Of a stretch of 64,000 nucleotides of DNA, positions 8,804-18,837 are shown in pieces. The position numbers and the translations under genes are program-made. The notes beneath the pieces are model-generated. The model saw only the letters and a list, made by a program, of their open reading frames with translations, was not told the DNA's origin and did no database searches. Origin of the DNA: an uncultured Desulfovibrio sp. (GTDB taxonomy: Bacteria; Desulfobacterota; Desulfovibrionia; Desulfovibrionales; Desulfovibrionaceae); contig CALUWU010000038.1 in NCBI GenBank assembly GCA_944324555.1, positions 171 through 64,170 on the forward strand, written 5' to 3'. Position 1 is the stretch's first letter. Every line of letters starts with the position of its first letter.

Positions 8804-11800
8804 ATGCTGTATTATGCCGTGGCGGCGTTCTTTCTGTTGCCCGCGTCCGTGGTCTTTTTCGGGCGCGGCTGGTTCAGAGCCCTGCGTCTGAGTCCGTGGT
8901 ACCTTTTCGGGCAGACGGCAAAGATCGGGCCGCAGCGCATATGCAGGCAGGGAGCTCTTTTCAATTTGTTTGTCTTTTATCCCATGCGGGCCGGCATCGA
9001 AATCCTGCGCCGCCGCAGCTTTGCCTTTGTGTTTCGCGCGGCTGCCGGCCTTGCGCGGCGGCGGCTGCGCGGCGAACAGGACGCTCCGCCGCCCGCGAAT
9101 ATCATGCCGGAAGTTTCCGGCCCCGGCCCCTTGCCGCCCCTGTCGGCGGCGGCCCTGATCCGCATGGTCGAGCGCGACGATACGCGCGTCGTCAGCTTCG
9201 ATATTTTCGACACCCTCCTGACGCGCCCCGTGCTCAATGATCCAAGGGAAATCCTGCATCTTGTGGCAATGCGGGTCAACGAGCGTTTTGGAATTGACTT
9301 CGCGGCCCTGCGCTGGCCCGCTGAAGACGAAATGCGCGACCCGTACGCGACGTTTGAAGATATCTATGCCCACATTCGCCGCAGGCACGGTCTTTCCGAA
9401 GAGCTGACGCGAGAGCTGATGGCCGAGGAACTGCGCTGCGAGCGCGCGATCCTGCGCCCCAGACCGGACATGCTGGAAGTCTGCCGGGCGGCGGCGCGCG
9501 CGGGCAAGCGCGTCGTGGCCGTCAGCGACATGTATCTGCCTTCGGCCTTTCTGCTGGAGCTGCTGCACGAAAAGGGCTTCGAGGCCGTCGCGGCCGTCTA
9601 TGTTTCCGCTGAGCACAAGGCGCGCAAGACCGACGACGGCGCGCTGTTCGACGTCATGCTCCGCGCGGAAAATGTTTCTCCCGACGCCGTCCTCCATATG
9701 GGCGACAATCCTCAGGGCGACGTGAACGCCCCCCTGCGCAAGGGAATGCGGGCCGTGCATCTGCCGTCCGCGCGCCAGATGGCGGTGGAACGCGGCGGTT
9801 CCATGCTGCCCGCGCTTTTTGGCGGCTCCCAGTCCCGGCCCCTGTGGGAGCTTCTGATGGGGCAGGCCCTGGAGCGTATTTTCGACAGGCCGGAACAGGC
9901 GCCGGAAACGCTGGAGCGCTGCCCCGATACCGTCATGCTGGCCCGTCTGATTCTGGCGCCCCTGACCGTGTCGCTTTGCCTGCGGGCGCGCGCCGTGGCC
10001 GAAAGGGAAGGCTACGCGCGCATCTATTACGCCTCGCGCGACGGCTGGCTCCCGTCGCTGGTGCACGATGCCCTGCGGGAGCGTCTGGGCGGGCCGGAAG
10101 GCGTATATTTTCAGGCCGGGCGGCGGGCCTATTTCCCCTTTCAGGAATCCTCTTTCATGGAGTACGCACGCACCCGCAAGGTGGCGGCCGATATGGAACG
10201 CTATACGCTGGCCGATCTGCTGACGGGGCATTTCGGCGACGAGGCCGCCCCCCTGCTGGAGAGGCTGGCGCCCGAAGAGCGCGCGCTGCCCTTCTGCAAG
10301 GAGCGGCAGCGGGGGCTGGCCGTGCTGGCGCGGCTGGAGCCGGAGCTGGAGCAGCTTGCGGCCGCCCGGCGGGAACGCGCCCGGCGCTATTACGAGAAGG
10401 TCTTTTCAGCGGAGGAACAGCGCGTTCTGGTGTTTGACGTAGGCTACTCCGGCTCCGTTTCGGCCGCGCTGACGGTCGCCGCGGGCAGACCCGTGGACAA
10501 GCTCTACTGCTGGCAGAATGAAGTGAACGCGGCGCTCGACCGGCGCCTGGGAACGCGCACGTTTGCGCTCATGGGGTCCAGCCCCTATATGCCGTGGCAT
10601 ATCGTTTTTGAAGAGATGTTTTCTCCCTGCTCGGGCGGCGCGGTCGATTTTGACGAGCATGGAGAACCGCTGACGGAAGCTCTTGCGTTTTCGCCGGAAA
10701 TGCGCGCGGCGCTCGAGGACGCTCATGAGGAATGTCTCGCCTTCGCGCGGGAAACGGCGGAACGCTTCGGCGAGTATGCGCCCCTGCTGGCCGGCGCCGA
10801 TCCCGACGGGGTGCTGACTCTCTTACGGCAGTGGTTTCAGACGGTCCCGCTGGGCAATCGCGCAATCTTTCGGAGCATTGTCTTCCCCGATCCCGTGTAT
10901 TCCGAGCGCCCGCGTTCTCTGGAAGAGCAGCTTGATCAGTTGCCGGCGTCAACGGTCTTCGCGGCTACGGGCTTCGAGGATGCGGCCAATATCCTGCCCC
11001 TGACGAGCCTGTGCCGGAGCGGGGAAACGCTGCGCACGGGCGTGCACATGCACATTTACAATGTCGCGCTGGCGCAGGCCTTCGCCCGCTATGCCGCGGC
11101 CTTTCCCTATCCCTTTGATCTCTTCGTGACATATGTGAAAAGCGGGGATGCGCCGCAGCTGCGGACGCTCTTTGATCCGCGGAATCTGCCGCAGGCGGGA
11201 AAGGTTCGCATTCTGGAAACGCCCAACAGGGGGCGGGACGTGGCGCCGTGGCTCGTGGCCCTGGGGCCGTTGCAGGGAGACTATGATCTCTTCTGCCATG
11301 TGCACGCCAAGGAGTCCGCGCACATGGGCTTTGGCCCCTCGTGGCGGACCTATCTGATGGACAACCTGCTGCGGCCGGAGGCCGCGCGGACCGTCTTTGC
11401 GGCCTTTGCTGCCGATCCGCGCCTCGGCTGCGTCTTCCCCGCCATATACGAGCCCCTGCGGCGGGTCATGCTGCGCGTGGGCGTTCCGCTGTACGGCTCG
11501 CGGGAAGAACGGGACATGATTACCGGGCTGCTGGCCCGCATGGGCTTGCCGGCCTCCTACGGGCGCGACGAACAGTTCTTTTCCGGCGGCACCATGATGT
11601 GGTACCGCCCCGAGGCCCTGCGTCCCCTGCTGGAATGCGGCCTGCGGTTTGAAGACTTTCCCGAGGAGCCCATCGGCATCGGGGGAACGCTGGCGCACGC
11701 CCTGGAGCGCGTGCCCCCGCTTGTCTGCACCCGCCGCGGCTACGGCGTGCGTTCCCTGACCTGCTATCCCTCTTTCCTGTACCCTGAACGCGGGAACTAG
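8804..11800 (+). CDS. HAD-like hydrolase fused to rhamnan synthesis protein F (RgpF)-like glycosyltransferase domain
   Basis: VSFDIFDTLLTR, VSDMYLP, HMGDN (HAD); HMHIY, PNRGRDVAP, CHVHAKES, GTMMWYRP, GTLAHALER (RgpF). Confidence 0.85.
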   Translation: MLYYAVAAFFLLPASVVFFGRGWFRALRLSPWYLFGQTAKIGPQRICRQGALFNLFVFYPMRAGIEILRRRSFAFVFRAAAGLARRRLRGEQDAPPPANIMPEVSGPGPLPPLSAAALIRMVERDDTRVVSFDIFDTLLTRPVLNDPREILHLVAMRVNERFGIDFAALRWPAEDEMRDPYATFEDIYAHIRRRHGLSEELTRELMAEELRCERAILRPRPDMLEVCRAAARAGKRVVAVSDMYLPSAFLLELLHEKGFEAVAAVYVSAEHKARKTDDGALFDVMLRAENVSPDAVLHMGDNPQGDVNAPLRKGMRAVHLPSARQMAVERGGSMLPALFGGSQSRPLWELLMGQALERIFDRPEQAPETLERCPDTVMLARLILAPLTVSLCLRARAVAEREGYARIYYASRDGWLPSLVHDALRERLGGPEGVYFQAGRRAYFPFQESSFMEYARTRKVAADMERYTLADLLTGHFGDEAAPLLERLAPEERALPFCKERQRGLAVLARLEPELEQLAAARRERARRYYEKVFSAEEQRVLVFDVGYSGSVSAALTVAAGRPVDKLYCWQNEVNAALDRRLGTRTFALMGSSPYMPWHIVFEEMFSPCSGGAVDFDEHGEPLTEALAFSPEMRAALEDAHEECLAFARETAERFGEYAPLLAGADPDGVLTLLRQWFQTVPLGNRAIFRSIVFPDPVYSERPRSLEEQLDQLPASTVFAATGFEDAANILPLTSLCRSGETLRTGVHMHIYNVALAQAFARYAAAFPYPFDLFVTYVKSGDAPQLRTLFDPRNLPQAGKVRILETPNRGRDVAPWLVALGPLQGDYDLFCHVHAKESAHMGFGPSWRTYLMDNLLRPEAARTVFAAFAADPRLGCVFPAIYEPLRRVMLRVGVPLYGSREERDMITGLLARMGLPASYGRDEQFFSGGTMMWYRPEALRPLLECGLRFEDFPEEPIGIGGTLAHALERVPPLVCTRRGYGVRSLTCYPSFLYPERGN

Positions 11801-11839
11801 GCCGCGGTCGTGAACGGGATTTTTGTATAGGGGGTTCCG

Positions 11840-12676
11840 ATGAAACGCCTGTTGCGTACTCCGCCCATGTGGCATCCCTTTCTGCTGACGGCCATTCTGG
11901 TCGGAAACGGTCCCCTGATCCTGCATATGACGCGGCGTCAGCTGGCGCTGCGCTACAAGGGATCGGTGCTGGGCTGGCTCTGGAGTCTGGTGCAGCCGCT
12001 CATGATGCTGACGGTGTACGCCTTTGTTTTCGGCATTGTCTTCAAGGCCCGCTGGGGAACGTCGCCGGACGGCGGCGCGGTGGATTTCGCGGCGGTCATG
12101 TTCTGCGGCATGGCGACGTTCAATCTCTTCTCCGAAACGGTCAACGGCGCGGCGCCGTCCGTGCTGCAAAACGTCAACCTGGTAAAGAAGGTTGTCTTTC
12201 CGCTGGAAATCCTGCCCATCGTGCATCTTGCCTCCGCCGTCGCGCTGGGGCTTGTCTGGTTCTTCCTGCTGTTCGCCGGGGCGGCGCTTCTGGGAATCTC
12301 CTTTCACGCGACCATGTTCCTCCTGCCGCCGCTGCTGATTCCGGTGCTGCTGACGGCGCTGGGCGTCGCCTGCTTCGTGGCGTCCGCCTCGGTCTATGTG
12401 CGCGACACGCCGCACCTTGTCGGCGTCGTGACGCAGATTCTCTTTTTCATGACGCCCATTTTCTACCCGGCGGAACTTGTGCCCGAGCGTCTGCGCTGGG
12501 TGCTCGAAATCAACCCGCTCTCGTCCATGATCGAGCAGGTGCGCGACGTGCTGCTGTTCGGCCGGTGGCCCGACTGGAGCGTTTTTGGCATGAACCTTGT
12601 CATTGCTTTCATCGTTTGTCGTCTGGGGCTGTGCTGGTTCCTCAAGACGAAAAAGGGATTTGCCGATGTCCTCTGA
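11840..12676 (+). CDS. wzm: Polysaccharide ABC exporter permease
   Basis: RYKGSVLGWLWSLVQPL, NLVKKVVFP, FFMTPIFYP, NPLS, FADVL C-terminus. Confidence 0.93.
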   Translation: MKRLLRTPPMWHPFLLTAILVGNGPLILHMTRRQLALRYKGSVLGWLWSLVQPLMMLTVYAFVFGIVFKARWGTSPDGGAVDFAAVMFCGMATFNLFSETVNGAAPSVLQNVNLVKKVVFPLEILPIVHLASAVALGLVWFFLLFAGAALLGISFHATMFLLPPLLIPVLLTALGVACFVASASVYVRDTPHLVGVVTQILFFMTPIFYPAELVPERLRWVLEINPLSSMIEQVRDVLLFGRWPDWSVFGMNLVIAFIVCRLGLCWFLKTKKGFADVL

Positions 12677-14108
12677 TATCACGGCCCCGGGGACCTCTCC
12701 CGCGGACGACGGCCGCGCGCTCCCGGACGAAGCGGCCATTGAGCTGCGCGGCGTTTCGAAGACGTTTGAAATTTACGACCGTCCCGTCCACCGTCTGCTG
12801 CAAATGATGTTTCGCGGGCGTCGGACCTTCTACCGGGGCTTTACGGCCCTGAGCGACGTCAATCTGACCATCCGGCGCGGAGAATGCGTGGGGATCGTGG
12901 GGCGCAACGGCGCGGGCAAGAGCACGCTCCTGCAGATCATCGCCGGCACGCTGGCGCCAACGACGGGAACGGTGCGGACCTGCGGCAGGGTCGCCGCCCT
13001 GCTGGAACTGGGCAGCGGCTTCAATCCCGAGTTTACCGGCAGGGAAAACGTCTACCTCAACGCGGCCATTCTCGGCCTGAGCGACGAGGAAATCGACGCT
13101 CGTTATGACGATATCGTCGCCTTTGCCGATATTGGCGAGTTCATCGAACAGCCGGTACGCAACTACTCCAGCGGCATGGTCATGCGTCTGGCCTTTGCCG
13201 TCATCGCCCATGTCGACGCCGATATTCTCATCGTGGACGAAGCGCTTGCCGTGGGCGACGCCTACTTTACGCAAAAGTGCATGCGCTTTTTGCGCGACTT
13301 CATCAAGACGAAAACGCTTTTCTTTGTCAGTCACGACGTTGCCGCCATCAACAGTCTCTGTTCTCATGCCGTCTTTCTGGAGCGCGGGCGCGTCAGAAGT
13401 CAGGGAGACCCCAAGAGCATAACCGAGGAATACCTCGAAGACGTATTTGCCTCCATTCAGGGCAGGGACGTCGTGGAAGACGAGGCCGGTTCGCCCTTTC
13501 TGGGGGAAACGCTGACGCTGCGTCCCGGGGAAGAAGACTTCCGCGATGCGCGGCAGGATTTTATCAACGCGTCCGGCCTGCGGAACGATATTCAGGTCTT
13601 TCGCTTTGATCCGGACTCGGCCTCGTTCGGCAAGGGCGGGGCGACCATAGAGCAGGTGCTTCTGCTCGACAGAAGAGGCGCGCCGCTCAGCTGGTGCGTG
13701 GGCGGCGAAGTCGTTTCCCTGCGTATCTTCTGCCGCGCGAAGCAGGAGCTTGCCAGCCCCATCGTCGGCTTTTACCTCAAGGATCGGCTGGGGCAGACCC
13801 TGTTCGGCGACAACACCTATCTTTCCTATGTGGACAGGCCGCTGAGCGTGCCCCGCGGCGCGCTCTTTGAAGCGCTGTTTCGCTTTCGCATGCCGGTTCT
13901 TGCGGCCGGGACGTACTCCTTTGTCGTGTCCATAGCCGAAGGGTCGCAGGCAAGCCACGTTCAGCACGAATGGCGGCACGACGCGCTGCTGCTGACGTCC
14001 GTGACGAGCAGCGTCAGCGCGGGCATCATGGGGTTGCCCATGCAGGCCGTCGAACTGAAGCTCTGCAAGAACGACGGAACTTCCTCTCATGGCGACAACC
14101 TTTCTTGA
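12666..14108 (+). CDS. wzt: Polysaccharide ABC exporter ATPase with C-terminal Wzt_C carbohydrate-binding domain
   Basis: GRNGAGKST, YSSGM, VDEALAVGD, VSHD; C-terminal beta domain (GFYLKDRLGQTLFGDNT); ATG 12666 overlaps the end of wzm. Confidence 0.93.
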   Translation: MSSDITAPGTSPADDGRALPDEAAIELRGVSKTFEIYDRPVHRLLQMMFRGRRTFYRGFTALSDVNLTIRRGECVGIVGRNGAGKSTLLQIIAGTLAPTTGTVRTCGRVAALLELGSGFNPEFTGRENVYLNAAILGLSDEEIDARYDDIVAFADIGEFIEQPVRNYSSGMVMRLAFAVIAHVDADILIVDEALAVGDAYFTQKCMRFLRDFIKTKTLFFVSHDVAAINSLCSHAVFLERGRVRSQGDPKSITEEYLEDVFASIQGRDVVEDEAGSPFLGETLTLRPGEEDFRDARQDFINASGLRNDIQVFRFDPDSASFGKGGATIEQVLLLDRRGAPLSWCVGGEVVSLRIFCRAKQELASPIVGFYLKDRLGQTLFGDNTYLSYVDRPLSVPRGALFEALFRFRMPVLAAGTYSFVVSIAEGSQASHVQHEWRHDALLLTSVTSSVSAGIMGLPMQAVELKLCKNDGTSSHGDNLS

Positions 14109-15333
14109 CAATGAAAAGAATTTCTTCTGGGTCTATGCCGCCTTCCTGCTGCTTTTCCTGTGGTGGATGCCGGAGGGCGTTCACGACGACAAGGTGGCGA
14201 GAACGCTTTTCTGCTCGCCGGAATGGCTGTTGTCGCGGTACAGGGAATGGAGTTCGCGGCTTCTGATTGAAGCCTGGCTGCCGGCGCTCTGCCGCCATGT
14301 CTGGCTGTTCAAGGGGCTGACGTTCTGCGTCGGCCTGCTGATTCCCTGGCTGCTGGCGCGGCTTGTCGTCGAGCGCCCGGAGGACAGGCCCCGCGTCTAC
14401 GGCGTGTGCTTCCTGTACGGCATGCTGCCCATGGGGAGCGCCGGCTGGGTGACGACGATTGTCAATTATTACTATGTGCTCTTTGCCCTTCTGGCGGCCG
14501 TCTGGCTGGCCCGCTACGGGCGTTCCGCGGCCAGTCTCGCGGCTCTTGTTGTTACCGCGCTGTATGCCGCGAATCATGAGCAGGGCTGTCTCATCCTTCT
14601 TGGCGCCATGGGGGCCGTATCCTGCCTTGGAGCGGGCAACAGAAGGACTTTCGGCGTTCTTGCCCTTGCGTGCGCTTCCCTGCTTTTCATCGCGACGGCG
14701 CCGGGGAATGAACTGCGTTATTACAGCGAGGTCAAAAGCTGGTTTCCGAATTTCCTTGAACTGTCGTTTCCCTACAAGATCTATCTTGGATTTTCCTCGA
14801 CGCTCTTTCATTATGTTCTTGCGCCGCATCCCGCGAGTCTGTTCCTTCTTCTGTGTATCTTCCTGTGCAGGACGGGATCGGCAGGCAAGAGTCTTCTTCT
14901 TGCCGTCGGCGTCTTTCTGATCCAGCTGCTGTGCATGTTTCTTGTCGTCGGCGGTCCGGGAGTCGCCTTTGTCCGGGGGCATCCCGTATATCTTTCCGAT
15001 TTTTCATCCGTGACCTTTCTTGGCGGCATTTCCCTGCTTGCGGCGATCGGCGCCCTGATTTTCGTTTGCGCGTCGCTTTGTCGTATATTTTCGGATCGTG
15101 CAAGCCTTTTCCGGGCTTTTTTCATTCTGGCCGCCGGCCTTGGAACGCGAATGCTGATGGGGCTTTCGCCGACGCTCTTCATTTCCAGCAGCCGGACCTT
15201 TCTCTTTTGCGATTTTGCCTTGCTTGCGCTTTCTCTTATGCTTCTTGCAAGATGCGACGCGGCGGGAAAGGCTCGCCTGATCTGGTACGTCATGCCGTTT
15301 TCCCTTGCGCTGAATTATGTTGTTCTGGCTTAG
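14089..15333 (+). CDS. Polytopic membrane protein, DUF6056/GT-C-like putative periplasmic glycosyltransferase
   Basis: About 10 TM helices, DD after TM1, RYREWSSRLLIE, NHEQ, APGNELR; visibly more T-rich than its neighbours. Confidence 0.62.
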   Translation: MATTFLDNEKNFFWVYAAFLLLFLWWMPEGVHDDKVARTLFCSPEWLLSRYREWSSRLLIEAWLPALCRHVWLFKGLTFCVGLLIPWLLARLVVERPEDRPRVYGVCFLYGMLPMGSAGWVTTIVNYYYVLFALLAAVWLARYGRSAASLAALVVTALYAANHEQGCLILLGAMGAVSCLGAGNRRTFGVLALACASLLFIATAPGNELRYYSEVKSWFPNFLELSFPYKIYLGFSSTLFHYVLAPHPASLFLLLCIFLCRTGSAGKSLLLAVGVFLIQLLCMFLVVGGPGVAFVRGHPVYLSDFSSVTFLGGISLLAAIGALIFVCASLCRIFSDRASLFRAFFILAAGLGTRMLMGLSPTLFISSSRTFLFCDFALLALSLMLLARCDAAGKARLIWYVMPFSLALNYVVLA

Positions 15334-15589
15334 AGGATAAGGGGGCGTTCCTTTCTCCCCCATTGCGACCGGACGGCGGGCAGATTGCCTGCGGACCGGG
15401 CTTGTGATATCAATGGTATAGCGGTTGAAGGCGTCTGAAGCGTCCGCGCCGCCGAAGCTTCGCGGACGGAAAACGCGGCCTGCGGCTCCGCGCGGTCCCG
15501 TTGCGTTTTTCCGGGCGCCGGCGGCGTCGGTGAAAAGAGAGCGGGCAACGCGCGTTCCGAAGCCTTGCAAGACAGAGGAGTGGCGAAGA

Positions 15590-16918
15590 ATGGCTGAACA
15601 GAAGATGACGCCGCAGGAAGCGGCGGCCCTGCGGGCGCAGCTCCTGCAGTTACGCAGGGAGCGGGAGCAGCTGCGGGATGAAGTTGCGTTCATGCGGAAT
15701 TCCCGTTCCTGGCGTATCACGTCCCCCCTGCGTTCCCTGACGCAGTGGGGGAGGGATTTGCGGGACAGGCTGCGGCCGGAGAGGGCGCCCGAGCCGGAAG
15801 AAAGCGCCGTTTCCCTGCCGCGGGGCGGTCTTGCTCGGCGGGCATTGCTCTGGAAAGAGGGCGCGAGGACGACGCCCCTCCTCGGCGGAGGCAGGCGCGT
15901 TTCCCTCTGGACGGCCCGCAAGGGGAACGCCTTTTTCGAAGAGATTGCGCGGCTGCTCCAATGCGGCCTGGAAGACGCCGGCGTGCGGTGCGCCTTCTTT
16001 TCCGTCGATTCCCTGGAAGAATGTCTGCGTCATGAGGACGGGACTTCGGCCGTCCGTCTGATCATCGCCCCGCACGAATTTTTCCACTTCATCAGGGACG
16101 CCGAATCCTGGCCGCTGAACGGCGCTCAATTGTGGCTGCTCAACAGCGAGCAGGAGCATACTTCCTGGTTCGCCGCGGCGCGCGCCCATTTCCGCAAGGC
16201 CTCGCTGGTGCTGGACATGGATTGCGCCATGGCGGCGCGTCTGCGTTCGCAGGGCATTCCGGCGGAACACATGCCCCTGCTTTACAGCCCCTCGTGCCGT
16301 CTTTTCGACGGCGCGGCCCCTGTGGACGCCGTTGCCGCAACGGAAGGCCTGCCCCGCGACATCCGAGAGCGCCCCTGCGCCGTCAATCCGCTGGAGGAGC
16401 CGCTGGCGGAACGGCCGCTGGACTGCTGCTTCTTCGGCGTGGCGGGCGAGCGGCGCAGCCGCTTCTTTGCCCGCAACGCGGCGCTGTTTGCGGACATGCA
16501 GGCCTATCTGCGCCTTGAGGATCGAAATATGCCGTTGATATACGGTGAAAACTCTTCCCTCTCCACGCAGACCGTCAGTTCCATAGTCCGCAGATGCAAG
16601 ATCGCGCTGAACGTGCATCAGTCGAAACATCTGTATTTTGAGTGGCATCGCATGATTCTTCAGGGCATCTGGCAGGGCGCCGCGGTCGTCTCCGAACCCT
16701 GCACGGAATCCTGGCCTTTCCGCGCCGACGAGGACTATATCGCGGCCTCGCTGGAAGACGTGCCCGCCGTCCTGGAGTATCTGCTGCGCTCGGACGAGGG
16801 CATGGCCTGGGCTGAAAAGGTGCGGCGCCACGGCTGGGAAACGCTGGCGGACAATCCTCTGGCGCGGCGCTGGAACGCCATATTTGAAAAGTATGGTTTT
16901 GTCGAAGAAAAGCTATGA
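15590..16918 (+). CDS. Putative GT-B glycosyltransferase with N-terminal coiled coil and SRSWRITSPLR motif
   Basis: SD gaggag before ATG 15590; KIALNVH, FEWHRM, GAAVVSE motifs of Glyco_trans_1_2-like proteins. Confidence 0.68.
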   Translation: MAEQKMTPQEAAALRAQLLQLRREREQLRDEVAFMRNSRSWRITSPLRSLTQWGRDLRDRLRPERAPEPEESAVSLPRGGLARRALLWKEGARTTPLLGGGRRVSLWTARKGNAFFEEIARLLQCGLEDAGVRCAFFSVDSLEECLRHEDGTSAVRLIIAPHEFFHFIRDAESWPLNGAQLWLLNSEQEHTSWFAAARAHFRKASLVLDMDCAMAARLRSQGIPAEHMPLLYSPSCRLFDGAAPVDAVAATEGLPRDIRERPCAVNPLEEPLAERPLDCCFFGVAGERRSRFFARNAALFADMQAYLRLEDRNMPLIYGENSSLSTQTVSSIVRRCKIALNVHQSKHLYFEWHRMILQGIWQGAAVVSEPCTESWPFRADEDYIAASLEDVPAVLEYLLRSDEGMAWAEKVRRHGWETLADNPLARRWNAIFEKYGFVEEKL

Positions 16919-17673
16919 AAGAAATATTCGTCGCCGGCAGGGGCGGAGAACCGCGCGTCTCCGTGCTTGTCTCCCTGTATAATTACGAACGCTATATCGA
17001 GCAGGCGCTGGATTCCGTCGCGCGCCAGACCTTGCGCGACGTCGAGCTGATCGTCTGCGACGACTGTTCGACCGATAACGGCGCGGAAGCGACGGCCCGG
17101 TGGCTGCGGCGGCATGACGACAGATTCTGCCGGGCGGCGCTCATCGCCAACGACGTGAACAGCGGTCTGGCGGCAACGCGCAATACGTCCATTGCCTGCG
17201 CCCGGGCGCCGTTTATCTTCATTCTGGACGCGGACAACTTCATATTCCCTCAGTGCCTGGAACGGTCGGCGCGGATTCTGGAAGAAGCGGCGGACGACGT
17301 CGCCTTCGTCTATACGCAGCGGCTTGTGTTCAACGAACAGGACGGTTCGGACTGCTGTCTTGAAAATCTGCCGGACTGGAACGCGCCCCTGCTGACGCTC
17401 GGCAATTATATCGACGCCATGACGCTGCACCGGGCGGAGGCCCTGCGCGGCGTGGGCGGCTACACGGCGGAGCCTCCCTTTGACAGGTTCGGCTGGGAAG
17501 ACTTTGAAGTCTGGTTCAAATACATGGAAGCCGGATTGCGCGGCGTCAAGCTGCATCAGCCCCTGATAGCCTATCGCGTGCACGGCGCGTCCATGATCCG
17601 CACGACGACCAACAAGCGCTCCGAGCTCCTCTGGCGGGCCCTGAGAAAAAAGTATTCGCGTTTTTTTGCCTGA
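16915..17673 (+). CDS. Glycosyltransferase family 2
   Basis: VSVLVSLYN, VCDDCSTD, NSGLAATRN, ILDADN, WEDFE; ATGA overlap with the upstream gene. Confidence 0.9.
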   Translation: MKEIFVAGRGGEPRVSVLVSLYNYERYIEQALDSVARQTLRDVELIVCDDCSTDNGAEATARWLRRHDDRFCRAALIANDVNSGLAATRNTSIACARAPFIFILDADNFIFPQCLERSARILEEAADDVAFVYTQRLVFNEQDGSDCCLENLPDWNAPLLTLGNYIDAMTLHRAEALRGVGGYTAEPPFDRFGWEDFEVWFKYMEAGLRGVKLHQPLIAYRVHGASMIRTTTNKRSELLWRALRKKYSRFFA

Positions 17674-17802
17674 TTTCGGAGACGCCGCCCGTCGTCCGCA
17701 TCCGAAAGGCGCTTTCGCGTTTTGAGGCGGCGTCGTCGCGCGGCGGAAGACGTTCCGGTGGAGATACGGAGAGCCATGACCCGGTCGGATACGGAGAAAG
17801 AC

Positions 17803-18810
17803 ATGCGGCGTATTTCCCTCGTCGTTCCCGTCTATAATGAACAGGAATCCGTGGAGCTGTTTTATCGAACCGCGGCCCGCCTGCTGGAAGCGGAACCCTA
17901 TGAGGCGGAATTCCTCTTTGTGGACGACGGCAGCAGCGACGCCACGATGGACATCCTTCGCCGTCTGCACGAGAGCGATCCCCGGGTCCGGGCCGTTTCC
18001 CTTTCGCGCAATTTCGGCAAGGAATACGCCCTGACGGCGGGGCTGCGGTACGCGTCGGGGGACGCCGTCATTCCCATGGACGCGGACCTGCAGGACCCGC
18101 CCGAGCTGCTCGCCGTCTTTCTGCGTCACTGGGAGCGGGGCGCGGACATGGTTGTCGGCGTTCGCGAGAACCGCGACGCCGACGGTCGCGTCAAGCGCTG
18201 GTGCGCGGCGCTTTTCTACAAGCTCTTTCGGCGCATGACCCACAACATGGTCGAAGACAACGCCGGCGATTTTCGTCTCATGTCGCGGCGCGTCGTGGAC
18301 GAGCTTCTGCGGCTGCCGGAAAGCGTGCGCTTCAACAAGGGGCTTTACGGCTGGGTCGGCTTTCCGCGCGTGGTCGTGCCCTATACCCGCCCGGAACGGG
18401 CCGCCGGCCGCAGCAAGTGGCCCGGCTGGAAACTCTGGAACTTCGCCATAGACGGCATTACCAGTTTCAGCACGCTGCCGTTGCGCCTCTGGAGCTATCT
18501 GGGCGGGCTGATCGCTCTGGCGGGTTTTGCCTATGCCGTCCTGATATTTGTGCGTACCTTCATCTATGGCGTGGACGTGCCGGGATACGCCTCCCTGATG
18601 GTCGTCGTGCTGACCCTCGGAGGGCTGATCCTGCTTTCGCTCGGTATTATCGGCGAATATCTGGGCCGCGTCTTTGAGGAGGTCAAGAAGCGTCCGCTTT
18701 TCATCGTGCGGGAAACCGTCGGACTTGACGGCGCCGGCTCCCGCCGCGCCGGAGAAGGGAACGGGGAGCGCCCCGGGCGGGAGGGGGATTTTCCCCGCGA
18801 CGCCGCATGA
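17803..18810 (+). CDS. gtrB: GtrB-like undecaprenyl-phosphate glycosyltransferase (GT2, two C-terminal TM helices)
   Basis: VVPVYNEQE, DDGSSD, LSRNFGKE, MDADLQDPP, GDFRLM, IIGEYLGR, KKRPLFIV; alternative start at 17776. Confidence 0.85.
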   Translation: MRRISLVVPVYNEQESVELFYRTAARLLEAEPYEAEFLFVDDGSSDATMDILRRLHESDPRVRAVSLSRNFGKEYALTAGLRYASGDAVIPMDADLQDPPELLAVFLRHWERGADMVVGVRENRDADGRVKRWCAALFYKLFRRMTHNMVEDNAGDFRLMSRRVVDELLRLPESVRFNKGLYGWVGFPRVVVPYTRPERAAGRSKWPGWKLWNFAIDGITSFSTLPLRLWSYLGGLIALAGFAYAVLIFVRTFIYGVDVPGYASLMVVVLTLGGLILLSLGIIGEYLGRVFEEVKKRPLFIVRETVGLDGAGSRRAGEGNGERPGREGDFPRDAA

Positions 18811-18837
18811 ACCCCGTCGCGGGCGGAGGAGTTGAGC

